A stretch of DNA of 64,000 bases from Lama glama (GCA_028534125.1 CM052816.1:74402001-74466000), one strand, 5' to 3'; shown: positions 37,785-51,659, counted from the first letter of the stretch. Notes: a model not told the origin generated them from the sequence alone. A program made the numbers and translations.

Positions 37785-39799
37785 CACGAGTCCAAGAAAA
37801 TAAATTTATTAAACTTTGAAGGAAAAAATCCACAGACATAAAGAAAGTTAAATATAAACTGCAGACACAACTAGTCAGACTAGTGAATAATGGCTTGTGT
37901 GGCCAGTAAAGTACCAAAATGACATTCGGAGACCGATTGAGGTATTTAGCTATTTTTGGCTATAGAAATGTTGTCAGCCTATTGTGAAATAGTAAGAGTT
38001 TTCCCAAACACAGTTTTACGTTGAATTAGGTTCTACATCAAGGAAATTGTCTATGAATCTAAATTACGTAGCTCTTAGAGAAAACCCTAGCAGCAAGGTA
38101 GCAGAAAATCTATCAAACATCTATTACAAAGTAACATGTTGAACTTTAAACAGCCAGTTTTAACTTTTCACTGTCCTTCCTGCAAGAAAGAGGGACTTTA
38201 AAATGACCAGCCATTGAGCTTGTTTCCTAAAAAGGTCTGAGCTAAATGGCAAATACCACTTAAGTTAAAGCTAACTTTAAAGTTCTATTAACCTTTAAAA
38301 AAAAATACTTAACATGAGAAGCATTCTTCCATGAGATGAGTCTTCCATTTGACAGCCTTTTGGGGCACAATTCCAATCTTCCTGTAAGTGATGTTTCGGT
38401 TATTAAGGGATTGAACAATAATTGACAAATTACTCCTTTTTCTTCTGCACTCCCCGCTTTAAGGCCAGTCTATTTCGAGGGGAAATAAAAAAAAAATGAT
38501 GAAACTTCTTTCACTCCTTAAATAACTCCTATCAAAGGCGCGGTGAGGAAGAAAGTTTCTGCTATTGGTTTAAGTAAACTTTTGAGTTCTCTGTGGGGAC
38601 TGAAAATCTTGCTGCTTCTGTTTCTCGTTACCTGAGTACATGATACGCATGTGTCTGGCTATGTAGGCTGTGAAACAAAAAACCTGTTTCTCCAACTTTT
38701 CATTCCATGAGCTGGTTAACTTCATCTCGACCCGCTTCAACTTCCAAAATGCTCCTTGTACCTATTCCTTCCTTAGGCAAATGTGAACTAAGGGACACGG
38801 CGTCCGAGGTTCTAAGGTTCGTCTCCTGTGATCTGCGCGCACAAGGAGCGCATTCCCTGGCACCTGCAGCGAGTGCATCCTGCTCAGTACGAACTAGCTA
38901 GGATTTCTTCTTAGGATGGAGCGCTGGGACATGAACCAAAACTTGGGTAAGAAAACGTTTTTTTTTGTTTGTTTTTTGATTCATGGTAAGTTGACTTGTG
39001 CAAACATTTTAAAGTTTTCTAAATTAACACATACTTGTTAAAAAAAAATTTCAGCTAAGACAAGCACGTTCCAATAATGCAGGTAACTACAATCATTTTA
39101 AGAGTTTTAGGAGGTATAAAAAGGGCCTGGTAAAAAACTAACTTGTTTTTGCTTCAGGTGCATTGACCAAAGCATGAAACCAGCTTTAGACTGCAGTTAC
39201 TACATTCTGTAGATGGGTCGGCATGAGCTACAGTACACAGTGTGTAGTTAATAGAAAATAGCCATGCTGAAAGTGTCAGTTATTAAAAATATCTATATCC
39301 ATTTTATGTCAAAATAAATGTTCTACATATCCAAACTAGTTCTCATCTTCTTACCTATAATTTTAGTTCCCAATTATTAAAAAAATTAGCCTGTGCTATG
39401 ATTTTGGTTCAATCTTCTTGAACTGCAAAAGCCACCTGATTTTTTTTCGCTTTTTCAAAAAGCATGATTTACTATACATTAAAAACGTAGCCATTCAATG
39501 CTTAGAGCACAAAATTAACACCCACAATAACAAGACAATCACTGCCACTAAAGTCTTTGAGACAATTCTTTAAAATATTTACAATATTACAGGAATAGCT
39601 ATCTGATTAAGGACTTTTTTTTAGTATCATGTTTCAACATTTGAGGAAAAGGCATTTCTTAGAATTTGAATCCCCCACCCTCACTCCTCCCCCTCCCCCA
39701 ACCAAAAAAAAAGGTTTAAACATTGTTTTGGTTTAAGCATTCATGCCCCAGCCAACTCTTTGTCATTAAATAGGTAGCTTGTGGGAAACTGAAGAAAAG
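37785..39799 (-). other. GHR: GHR 3'UTR (~2 kb)
   Basis: AT-rich and free of obvious repeats downstream of the stop; ends after AATAAA at 37810-37805; exact cleavage site not determinable. Confidence 0.8.
37805..37810 (-). terminator. GHR: GHR polyadenylation signal AATAAA
   Basis: Minus strand reads AAAGTTTAATAAATTTATTTTCTTGG, followed by GT-rich sequence. Confidence 0.75.
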
Positions 39800-40765
39800 C
39801 TATGGCATGATTTTGTTCAGTTGGTCTGTGCTCACGTAGCCACACGACGAGAGAAACTCTTTGTCAGGCAAGGGCAGGGCGGTCGCGTTAAGTACAAGGC
39901 CCTGGGGAGACTGCACTATGTGAATGGAGGTATAGTCTGGGACGGGCATCTCAGCACTTGGGGCGCGCTCTGCTGTCCCGGACCTCCCAGCAGCAGTGCT
40001 AAGGCTTTCTGTGGTGATGTACATGTCTTCCTGGTTAAAGCTGGGCTCTGCACGTGATTCTGCCTCGGCCTGAGGGGCCGCGGCGATGCACTTCTTGGCA
40101 TCTGCTTCGCAGAAATAGGCGCTGTCCATGATGAAGCTTGCTTGGCAGGGTGAGACCACTTCTGGATGTGGGTCACACTGGGCGATCCCTGCCTTACTCT
40201 TCTGGCCCGGGGAAAGGACCACGCTCCCTGCTGGCGTAATGTCGCTTACCTGGGCATAAAAATCGATGTTTGCCAGTGAACTTGGGTTGCTTAGCTGTGT
40301 ATGGGCAGCTTGATGAGCTGACTCGCCAATGAGAAGTGGTCTTGGTTTGTCTTCCTCCGCTAGGATAACACTGGGCTGCTGGGTAGCAGGGGCAACGTCA
40401 TTAGAAGGCGAGTCACTTTGATTCTTCTGGTCAAGGCACAAGAGATCTGCTTCCCCTTTTAACCTCTGTGGCTGAGCAACCTCTGAGGTACCGTCACACG
40501 TGTCACTGGCATTGAAATCAGTCTCCAGAATGTCAGGTTCACAACAGCTGGTACGGCCAGAGTCGTCGTCCTTTGCCCCAAGGATATTAAGTGATTTTTC
40601 ATGGTCATTGCTTAGAAGTCTGTCTGTGTCTGAGCCTTCAGTCTTTTCATCAGGGTCATCAATATCTAGCTCGATAAATTCCACCCAAGAGTCGTCATTG
40701 TAGAATTCGTGTTTATAGTTGTCATGAATGGCTAAGATTGTGTTCACCTCTTCTAATTTTCCTTC
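39800..40765 (-). CDS. GHR: GHR exon 10 coding part (cytoplasmic domain, ends at TAG)
   Basis: [15 protein letters not shown]...[10 protein letters not shown] (UbE/Box2)...DSGRTS...[19 protein letters not shown] acceptor. Confidence 0.99.
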   Translation of the reverse strand, partial: EGKLEEVNTILAIHDNYKHEFYNDDSWVEFIELDIDDPDEKTEGSDTDRLLSNDHEKSLNILGAKDDDSGRTSCCEPDILETDFNASDTCDGTSEVAQPQRLKGEADLLCLDQKNQSDSPSNDVAPATQQPSVILAEEDKPRPLLIGESAHQAAHTQLSNPSSLANIDFYAQVSDITPAGSVVLSPGQKSKAGIAQCDPHPEVVSPCQASFIMDSAYFCEADAKKCIAAAPQAEAESRAEPSFNQEDMYITTESLSTAAGRSGTAERAPSAEMPVPDYTSIHIVQSPQGLVLNATALPLPDKEFLSSCGYVSTDQLNKIMP

Positions 40766-41058
40766 CTAGGAAATAGAAAATGAAGATCTATGAAAAGTAA
40801 CTAACAATTAAGTGATTTAACAGATAACATCCACAGACTAATTATGGTTACAATCTGAACAACAGTGACAAAACCATATAATAACAAAATACATTAGTGA
40901 AGAACTTTTAAATACATAAGACATTCTCATAATTTTGAGATGTGATATTTAAAATTTTTTTCCCCAGAAGGAATACAGAAAATAGAATGTGATACATATA
41001 GCTTTCAAAAGCTCTCAAAATAAGACACTGTTCTTCAGGTATCATTTAATTAGTGTTA

Positions 41059-41199
<141 letters not shown>

Positions 41200-42240
41200 T
41201 CAAAGGATAGAACTAAAATTTTGGCAGTACTATTACATAAAGTACCAGAATATTTGGAATAAGTAAGTGTAATATGAGAAAGAGGAGCCTTAAGCAGTAA
41301 ATGACCATGCAAAACTATACAAGAAAAGAACAAAAAAACAACAAAGTCCTTATCTGAAGTCAATTTAAGTAAAACGTGGTTTTCCTGTAAGTTTTTTTTT
41401 CCTTAACATTTTTTTTTTAATATTTTATTGACAGCCAGTCTTAGTATTTGGGAGTAAGATGTTTAAACCTAAATGAAGCCAATTGCCATGTCAGTTACAA
41501 GAGAGGTAATTTTCATATACATTTCATCCGTAATGCGTGGAAGAAGAGGAGGGAAGGAGAAAGAGTCAACATGGAGCCAACTTTATTTGATCCTCAAAAA
41601 GCGGTGCGCTCAGGTAAGTCCATACCACACAGCTCACATGGATTATACAATTATCTAAGACAATCTCATGAGCCAGGGTTCATGCATGGTTTAGTTCAAA
41701 TTTAGTTTGTCTCAACTGAAATAGCACCAATCATTATGGATTTATATACACAATTCTGTGATGCACTTACATTTTCTGTTCCAAATAGTTAAATGATTTT
41801 TTGACCATAATTCATTTCAATGTCTATTCTGCCTGATTGCATCCCCAGCACTTAGAAGGTGGTCAGTCATTTCCTGAACAAATTAATTTTGTTTATTTCA
41901 TTAATAGTATAACTAGAGTTTACATTTTAGAATTAACAGTGGGGCTCTGGAATAAAGCTCGGAGCTTATCCATGCCATCCTGATGTTTGGATAGCAGATG
42001 AAATTCTCAGGGGACATCCTCTGAACATTTCCACCACCTTTTTACCTGCCCCCAGGAATCAGCCAAATTCCATTTTATAAGTTGTGTTTAAGTAGACTCC
42101 ATCAGGTCTACTCAGTGGGACAGGTGTTAAATCATTACTGATGAATAGAAGATATAGAAAAAATATACAAATGATTAATAACTGCTACCATTTTTGAATG
42201 CCTCTGATAAACCAGACACTGGGATGTATTTTGCACTGAA

Positions 42241-42456
42241 CTATGGGTTGGCAAATTATGGCCTGTGGGCCAAATCTGGTCTGCCCTCTGTTTTTGTAAA
42301 TAAGCTTTTATTGGAACATAGTCATGTTCATTTTGCATATTTTCTATGGCTGCTTTTATGCCATAGAAAATGGCAGAGTTGAGCAGAGACTGCATAGTCC
42401 AGAAAGCCTAAAATGTCACTGGTTGGTCATTTTTGAAACAAGTCTGTCCACTCCTG
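42241..42456. mobile_element. MER58-like hAT-Charlie MITE
   Basis: GGGTTGGCAAATTATGGCCTGTGGGCCAAATCTGG...TTTTATTGGAACATAGTCATG...GTCCACTCCTG. Confidence 0.85.
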
Positions 42457-44490
42457 CACTAAAACATTTCATGTCGTCCTATGACCACCAAGGAGGCAGA
42501 TATTATTGTGGAAAGATTTAGACATTTAAGCAGCATGTTCAAATCACACCCTAATACTTGGCACAGCTGATTCCAAAACCCAGGCTCTCTGCTGTCTGTT
42601 GTGTTGCTCTGTTAACTTGGTTCTGCATCTCTGAATAGTTCAAATGTTCGAAAACATACCAAAATGCAACATAACCCTAATTACAAGAAGCCAAGAGTTC
42701 CCAATGTCTAATGCTTGACTTTGGTGGGTGCCTCTCCTTTGTGTAGAGGACAGTGCATTTAGGCATATGTTGGTAGTGGGCCTTCTAGGAGCGATGGCTG
42801 ACTTTATGCCAGGGTGGCTGACCCTGCAGCCCAAGCGGGTCATGCTACTGAATATAGCTGGCCTGGTGCAAAGTCAGGGATGGGAATGGTGACAGGGAAC
42901 GTATGCCCTTTGCAAATGGGACAGTTGGTCCTCTGTTTTGGTGCATGTTGTCATGCAGGAATATCAACCTAGTTTCACATCGCTCAGTTTTTAAAGATAA
43001 TGTGGCAATCTGGATTTCTGTGTGAAAATCCCCTATTTTATAAACACTTTGTAGCAAACCTTTACTCCAAAGTCAAAATATGAATGTGCAGGCTGAAATG
43101 GGTGTTCAGGTTGCCACCTCTGTTTTATGCTGATTCAGTTCTTTCTTTCCTGATTAGCCACAGCTCGAAGGTTGGGGTGGGTCTCATGGCGGGAACAATA
43201 AGGTGTAGAGTTAAACTGGCATGAAATTTTATTTTATTCAAATCCAAATTACACTATAAATTTTGTTAGAGTTGACTCTTAATTATCTGAATTAAGAAAG
43301 GGAGCAGTGCCTCGGTCTGTGGACTAGTAACACATCAAGTGAAGACATAGAGCACCTGAAGTCCTTTCCAGTTCTAAGGTTTGGGGTAAATGGACACAGC
43401 ACCTCATTTTTTAACTTAGTGGGTTACTAGTTTATTGTAAAAGGATTTAACTCAAGAACAGCCAGATAAAAGATGCACAGGGCAAGGTGGGGTGAAGGGA
43501 GGAGGAGGTTCCATACCCTCCTCCCGAATCTTAATGCCCTCATCAGCCCAGAAGCTTTTGCACCTCATTCTCTGAGTGTCATTTCCACACCTGTTAACAA
43601 CTATTTTCTATCATTTCCTACTTTCATTAGAACATGGAAATTTAGACAATGATAAGGGTGTTTACGGGCAAATGAAAAAAGATTAATTCTTTTCTACAAA
43701 GAACTTAATTTAGAACAGGAAATTTGGCAGTACAAAAAGATTTCTTTCTTTTTTTTTTTTTTTTAACAGTTGGGCGGTTTTGATGAAGCTTCATAGTTAA
43801 GAACTTCATTATTCATAGAAAATAGTCTTTTAGAAAAAGGTTAATATATTTTCTTTGAAATCCTAGTCAGAGGATTATTTTTTCTTCCAAATATTGTTAA
43901 CTAATGTTAAGCAACATAAATCTGAATTGATAACTAATGTTAAGAGTAAGTTACTTTATATACACCCTACAGCAGGTACATATAAATTAGCCCATCGACT
44001 AACTGTTCAGATAAGTGAATTCAAATTAGTCAAGAGAATTTGGCTTCTTTGTTGGCATTACTTAAATATATAAATTACTTAAAATCCTAAATTATTTCCT
44101 TATTTACTAATTCCACCCCCCCAAATTGGAAACTGTGTTGTCCTGCTTTATAATAGTTGTTTTGCTAAGATAGGAATGTTGCTAGAAAGTTAGATAGAAA
44201 ATGAAATTCTGCAGAGTGAATATTGTTTTTCTGAGTTTACATTATAAATTTGGAGATGAAACTCTACTAAAAGTAACCCTTTCTGCATTCACTTGGAGAC
44301 TTTTAGCATGCTGGGTACTCTAAAACTCTAGCATTCTGAGAATTCGCTCTACTGAAATTCTATTTTGATGTTTACAAGTTCTGTACAGCTTCAAAATACA
44401 AATGAAAAAGCTTCTACAATATATTCATGTAGATTCTATTTTGATTTGTAGCTGCCTCTTGGCTTCAGCTGGAGAACTTGTCTTTAGTTC

Positions 44491-44586
44491 TAGGTAGGAT
44501 GACCAGCTGTCTTGATTTGCCTGGACACAGGGCTTTCAGTGCTAAAACCAGGAAAGTCCCAGGCAAACAGAGTATTGGCTACCCTA
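44491..44586. mobile_element. MER94-like hAT MITE
   Basis: TAGGATGACCA...TGGCTACCCTA imperfect terminal inverted repeats; GGAAAGTCCCAGGCAAAC core. Confidence 0.65.
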
Positions 44587-45405
44587 ATTCTAGGAGAAGG
44601 AGAAAGATTAACTCATGGGACTTAAAGAATGCTTTAAACGTAAGAAAACTGGCACTTGGTACCAGTATTTTTTCCTATATTTTGTATTAAAGTCTGTACT
44701 GAGTTTCTTTCAATAAGAATAATTAGCTCTCATGGCTTAAGGGAAATTTAACGGTCATATAATCCAAACCCTCATATTATTACTCAAAAAGAACACGGAG
44801 GCCTAGAGAGATGGACTCAAACGAGATCAAACAGCAGTGGCAGAATAATAACTGGAACTTGTCTTTTGACTGCAGCAGAATGGAATCTCTTCAAATGTAG
44901 AATTTTAGCTGTGCAGGTAAAGCAGGTGAAGTACCAAATCATAAGTATCCAAGAAACTTAAATAAAACCCAAATTTATTTAAAATTGCCATCATATGAAA
45001 TCTAAAAGGGTTTTATTAGGCTGAATGATCTAGGTAGCTTTAGTTTGCCACTTAAATTTGCTCTTACATTAGGACTGTGTCAAACTCAGCCAAAACCTCA
45101 GTGCAACCTATGGTCCTGGAATGAATAAGCCAATGTGTTCAGAACTTTGAAGGTGTGCACATCACAAGGTGTATAGTCAGGAGCCTCAGCCTCTAATGTC
45201 CTATCCAACTTCCCAGATAGAACTGAGACCTATGATGTCTCCATGATGAACACAGAGTGGTAAATGTATGACTGGAGATAATGTTTTACTGGGTTAATAA
45301 AATTTCACTCATGATTTGCAAAGGAAAACATCAAACAACAAGTGGAAACATGTATGTTTGCTAAACAACTGGCAAAAACATACGAAAGTAGACTATGACA
45401 CCTAC

Positions 45406-45496
45406 CTTTGCTGTTTAGAAAATATGAATAAAAATAATATCATCGTTAGCCCAAATATTCCAAAGATGATAATTAAGAACCATGGAAACCGGAAAT
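45406..45496 (-). CDS. GHR: GHR exon 8, transmembrane domain (91 nt)
   Basis: Manual translation [35 protein letters not shown] acceptor, GTAGGT donor. Confidence 0.98.
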
Positions 45497-47242
45497 CTGG
45501 AAAACACAAGAACAGTATCTCACTCACAGAACTGTGAATAGCTGATATCTACATTTCACTCTCCTTTGTCACACAAAAATATTTCCTAATTTGTACTCAT
45601 CAAGTCAAGTCAGTGATTTTGCTCAATAAAAACTGCTTTATGATCTTGTGTGTTCAGTGTGTGCCATTAAAGGCTTCTGTTCTAGCAGAAAGTCATGCTT
45701 GTTAAGATATAACTTTACCTGCATAATCATAATGTCCACTTGGTTCTTTTTTTGTTTTTTTTTTCCAGGTGTGGTGATATTTTATCTCCCAGACTGAGGA
45801 TCTATCAAAGATGGGGGCAGAGTTTTATTTTTGAATAATTACTGAAACTTTTTAGACATGCAGGGCATATTTTTCAGGTTTAAGAAATAACCTTTGACAG
45901 AAGGAGATCGGTATTAGGACTCTCAGCTTCAGATTTTAGTATAATTGCTGGCAGATTTGTGGGAATCTGTAAAACTATTTCATTTCTTAAGAACAAGCAC
46001 CACAGTGGCAGAGGTTGACTGATTTTAAGGTGGACTCTACCTTAATGCTGCTTTATTTAAAGCAGTCTTTTATGCTGTAATATTTTATTTTCTTATTCTT
46101 ATTAAACTCAAGGGAGATATTATGCGTATTATAAAGAATTAGTGGGAAAGGATACTATATTGCATCTTATATCAATGACATACTCAGGAAGATAAGAGTT
46201 TTTCTTAATGCAGAAGGAAAATTCATTAAAAAATCATTAAGTGAATTAAATGCTGTCCAAATAATCTTAAAGGGCATGTGATAAATGTACTTTTAAACCA
46301 GAATTTCACTATATCAGATGCTGTTTGAAACAACAAGCCTGTTGAGTAAAGCTTAGAAAAAAAATGGTGCTGTAGACATTTTCCTCTGTTATATAGTACC
46401 ACGGATCTTACCTGCGCCGTGAGTGCAGGAATATAAATTTAACTCATTAGCAAAGCTTAGCCCCTCATATGGCCTCTGAGTCTGTTTCTAATGGAGATGA
46501 GTTATACCTAGTTCCCATTTGGGAGAGAGGATACTTACTATGCTTACTATTCATTATTAAGCAGCCGCCTTTATTTCTGTATCCAAAATTTTAAATTCTT
46601 TTATTCTGAATTCATAGGTCTCATTTTTTTAAACTTTAATTATCTTTGGATTTCTCTTATACAGGATCTTCAAATATTCCATATCACTCTTAAGCATAAC
46701 TATCACACTGCTTATTAAACCTTCCTCCAGCTAAAACCACACCTAAACTTTCTAAATCCAATAAGCACCTGCCATTGACTACACATGCTGCCTCAATATT
46801 ATTAGGCTTTCTCTTAGATACCACATAGCTAGCCATCCATCCAGATACAGAATTTCTCTACTATGCATTTGAATAATTTTTTCTAACTATACATGCATAT
46901 CAAACTCAGAGAAAATATCAGAAATATAGAAACATATAAAGAAAAGAATCTCCTGAAATTCTGTTATCTGGAGGTAACCACCTGCTCATTAATATCTTAG
47001 TGTGTCTTTCCCTCTTTCACTTGTACCCACCTCATGACTTTTCCTAAATTGAATAACTCAAAAATGAAATCCTTCCTCTTTTGTAATGGCTGACACCTGT
47101 TACAGACAGTGAGCTCAGTATCTCTCATCCTGACAACTGATGCCAAGGTACTGAGCTGGACAACTCCCTAACAATGTAGTGAACGTATCACTGTATATTG
47201 ACAAAAACCATGTTGGCTGCTATTTTAATCTCTTAGGTTTAC

Positions 47243-47408
47243 CTTCTTCACACGCAAATGGGCTCATTTGAGGAAGTGTAACATAGAGCACGTCACTGAA
47301 TTCGCCATATTTTTCAGAGTTTCGTTGTCTGGATCTCACACGCACTTCATACTCTTTGTCCAGTCTCAACGAGTACACTGGGACTGATGTTGACAATACA
47401 GGGTCCAT
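47243..47408 (-). CDS. GHR: GHR exon 7 (166 nt)
   Basis: [55 protein letters not shown], including the YGEFS (WSXWS-equivalent) motif; AAAG acceptor, GTAAAC donor. Confidence 0.98.
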
Positions 47409-47543
47409 CTTTGAAGACAAAATATAAAACTCACTGGTTAGAGGGTCAACAACTCAATGCAGTAAGCTCTCTAAGGTGTTTCTCCATTTGTATTCCAAGT
47501 GAATTTCTGTAAAGTAGGCACTGTTTTAAAATGCACTGGTGGA

Positions 47544-47814
47544 GACTCACGGACATAGAAAACAAATATGGTTACCAAAGGGGAAGGGGCGGGGAGGGAT
47601 AAATTAGGGGTTGGGGATTCACAGACACACATTACTATATATAAAACAGATAAACAACAAGGACCTACTGTATAGTACAGGGAACTACATTCAATTTCTT
47701 GTAACATAATGGAAAAGAATCTGAAAAGAAAAGGTGTATATGTATAACTGAATCACTTTGTTATACACCTGAAGCTAACACTGTAAGTCAACTACACTTC
47801 AATAAAAAATAAAA
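47544..47814 (+). mobile_element. 5'-truncated L1 3' end with 16-bp TSD, 135 nt from the GHR exon 7 acceptor
   Basis: AAAATGCACTGGTGGA at 47528-47543 and 47815-47830; AACAACAAGGACCTACTGTATAG...AATAAA A-tail. Confidence 0.92.
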
Positions 47815-49832
47815 AAAATGCACTGGTGGAATTTGCTAGAGAAAGATCAAGGCAAATAACTCTAGAAAGAGTCATTTCGTCAAACGGATAGTAGTCCTCA
47901 GATTTATTTTGACAGAAACCCAAAGATATGATAGACTTCTTTAAAGAAATGCAGCTATACCTTTGCATAAGCTGTCACATATTCTACTAATATCAAAGAA
48001 TAACCAAATTATAGAGAAAGGCAGAACTACAAAAAGATTACAGATACATTGCCTACTCTTTGGGGTATTACATTTTTATATAAAGACATCAGAACAGAAA
48101 AACAAACATATTTCCTATATCTATACCTACATCTGTTCTTTGGAAAGTCTGGGTAGTCATTCATAAGATCACAGAATTGGAAAGTGTCCTAGAAAAAAAT
48201 CATAGTTGTCTTAATTAAACTTGCAAACAATTCTATCAGCTTGTTCTATAAGGCTTAAAGCCACCTCAAAATGGTTTGCTATTCAAAATCTGTGAAAAGT
48301 CACTGGAGGCCTTTGGTAACAAATATCAGGTCCCACAATCCTGAAGGCCAGGATATTCCCCTTTACCTTCCCAGGGAAGGGCAGGTGAGGCTATTAGACT
48401 TTTAACACATGTTGCTATCAAAGAGGTAAACCCAACTAATGATTTTGTTTTCCTCCAAATCAAATATTCAAAGCAGGTATCCAATATGTTTTTGGGTAGA
48501 ATGATCTGGTTCCTGCTTATAGAAAACTAGGAACATTCCCTTTTTCAACAGCATGGGTTTTTCACATAAATAAGATGCTCATAATTTGTTTTATTACGTC
48601 AGAAGCTGGGCCTTGAGTTTCTAAAACATTTTCCTTTCACTTCAGTTAATTTCTACTCACAAAGTCCCTCTTTTTTCCCCACATGTACACAGGATGATTA
48701 GTTCAATCTTTTATAGAAGCTTCTTAATCTATGGAATATTTATATACCTAGAATATTTCTGAATATATCAGACTTTTTATAATTTTTCTTAAAACATTTT
48801 AAAAAGCCTGTGTTTCCATTCTTGAAGCCTTAATTTCTTTGTGACTGTCACCCAATAGTATTTCTTTACAGATTTCACTGATAATAAAGCCAAAAAGGGG
48901 CCCTCAGTGATTTCACCTATGGCCCCCTCTCCATTTTTCCCTCAACCCTCCATGGTAGCTGAACCAAACTCATACTGGCTCACGTGCCCTAATACCCGCC
49001 CTGACCCCTGCCACCTGTCTATGAGGGAACGCCTATTGTTGGCTAATCCTCCGTGCAGGTATTGCTGATCTCCTAAGAAATCTTTTCTGGCAGTTTTCCC
49101 TACTCCATCCAGCCAGGTAATACAAATTTATATCTTCTTTTAATTCATTATGCAAATTTATACATTATACTGCAGATTCCCTGGAGGCAAACAATGCCTT
49201 CATTTTCTATATATTTCCAAAGCCTAGCACAAAAACAGGTATATAGGGGCTGCTCAAGAGATGGCCCATACATTGTGGATAATTCTGTGCTACCCATGTC
49301 TATAAAATAAAAAACTTAACTTGGTTTAGCTGGTACATAGTTACAAGAAACTACATGGTCATTAGAAGAACTTTTATATCCAAAGTGTGTCCAATAAATA
49401 AAAAATAGGCACAGTAATACCAAATTCAATATTGTCGAATGGTAACGTGAATTCCAGATACAAGCAACAAACATCAGCCTTTTCCCCTGTAACTTACAAA
49501 CGTCTCTTCTTTTTATGCTTAAGCTTCATGATAACTCTGAGATGCTTGCAAATTACCAGACTTATAAATATCATGAATTTGTAACTTCATTCATAAAAGG
49601 TAAATAAGTACAATCTCTAATGAGATTTAGCAGGTGTGCAATGAAAAGTGCAACAGAGGCACATTGGGATGCAGCCCTGAATCGCTGGCTGAGTCCCATG
49701 TCCCATGCACGTGGCTCAGGGTGTGTTTCAGTGCCTCGGCTGGAACGTGACTACACGACATGGACTTTTTCAGTGTTGAAGCTATCATCACTAAATCTGT
49801 GTGCTAATGTTCTGATTTACATCTTTGCTTTT

Positions 49833-51270
49833 CCTAGGTTGTTGAGCTTTTTTGTTTCAGGGCTCCTCTATACCCTTAAAAATGACTGAGAAAATCCTAT
49901 AGATTTGGGTTTTATTTGGGTTGTACCTATCACCAGTTGCCATACTAGACACTGAAACTGAGAATTAAAAAATACTAATTTAAGAATAGGTGGATTTTAT
50001 GTTAACAGATTTTTATAAAAATTATTATACTTTCTAAAACAATAAAATTATAGTGAGAAAAATGACAGTTTTACATTTTTGCAAATCTCTTTAACGTCTG
50101 GCTTAATAGAAGATGGCTGTATTTTTACATCTGCTTCTGAATTAATCTGTTAGGATGTGGAGCTTTGGTTGAAGTCCATGAATATAACTTGGTCTCACAG
50201 ATACATAGTGAGGAAAAGGAGGAGATATTTTAATAGCCCTTTCAGATAATTGTATATATTCTTTTTTAACACTACAATAAAACTCAACAAGTGGTGTTTT
50301 CTTAAAGGTTAGTTGCAATGTGGAATCTGAAACCATATCAATGAATCTTTTACACTTTGTTATATTAAAATCCACCATTCCATCTAGTACTTTGGATGGA
50401 TAATTTCTTCATGCATGGTTTTGGTTACATCATGTATCCGTCATTTGGAAAATACTGTTCACTGATTTGTGCAGATTTCCTAAATGTTCACACTTTTTTC
50501 ATTATACAATATTAAAAAAAAAAGTCACTTTTGCTAATATCACCATTGATCTCATCAGGAAAGTCTTCAAAGACTGGGAAAGCTACCAAGCTCACAGCTG
50601 CAGAAGGCAAGTTTTCCAAAATTCTCAAGGTTAAATGACCTTGAAAGCGCCAATTTTTTCCCACTGGCAAAGACTGTCAATTGTTTTTCTTGAAGTGATA
50701 AGCTCACTTCATTTTTTTTCTAGAAATGTTTGCCAAATATTTGCCAACTCAAATGTGAATAACCATCTATCAGTTTATCAGTTGTTCTTTCCAAGTAAAA
50801 ATGGTGTTCTGTGCAAGAAGCACTGAGGTCAGCTGGCGACTCAGCCATCAAAGTGCTTTTTCTCAAGAGGACCATGTGTACCTCAGGATGCAGCAGAAGT
50901 GCTTTATGTGTGCTTCCCGCACAGAATATTAAAAAGCTACAAACCCAGAAGTCATGATTTAATAAACTTAATAACATGCGCAGCTTCATCAAGGACATTC
51001 TTACGTGAAGCTGCCTCCCCCTGCCCTGCTCCTCCCTTCTTTACTGGGACTGCACGGTGGAGAATACAGTGATACTATTGGTACAGGTTGGAAATATCAC
51101 CTTGACTTGTGCTAAGGCAGCTGCAGGTTTCCCACCATTGCTTTCGTATCATCTGTGCAGATCTCAACACAATGAAAAAAGGAAAGAACATTCTAGTGTT
51201 ATTATGAAAACAGCCTTAACCTTGTAGATTCCCTGAAAAGGTCCCAGGTTTACATTTGGGAACAGCTGCC
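49833..51270 (-). mobile_element. Charlie1-type hAT DNA transposon remnant
   Basis: Minus-strand transposase remnants MVSDSTLQLTFKKTPLVEF...LSERAIK and THKALLLHPEV; ends TTTGGGAACAGCTG. Confidence 0.85.
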
Positions 51271-51533
51271 CTGGGGTGCTCAGCACGGTGCCTTGTGCAC
51301 AGTAGTTATTTCAGTACTTGGTTGCTAAATAAATGTTTGACTGCGGCTTGAATTTACAAAGCCTTGTTTGACCCAGTGTTCGGCCAAACTTTTCTGCACC
51401 AAGTTATGGAACAGATATCTAAATTAAATGATTCTGAAAACAGAACCTCAAAGCCCAATATTTAACTGTTTAAAGCTGCCGTGAACTTAACTTTCCTCTA
51501 ATGACAAAACTGGCTTCTTTTTCAGCAGTTCAC

Positions 51534-51659
51534 TGAATGGACAGGGCTTGGTGTCCCAAAATTCTGGGAGTGAGGCCGCGCCAGGCTGCTGGGCACGACC
51601 TGGTGATGGGCCAGAAACCACTTGGCTTGGCCGGGGCTGTGGCTGTGGCTGTGGTTAGA
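51534..51659 (-). other. GHR: Putative orthologue of the GHR intron-6 pseudoexon (6-psi), 126 nt, in frame
   Basis: AATCAG|TCTAAC...CATTCA|GTGAAC; donor 809 nt into intron 6; stop-free 42 codons. Confidence 0.65.
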
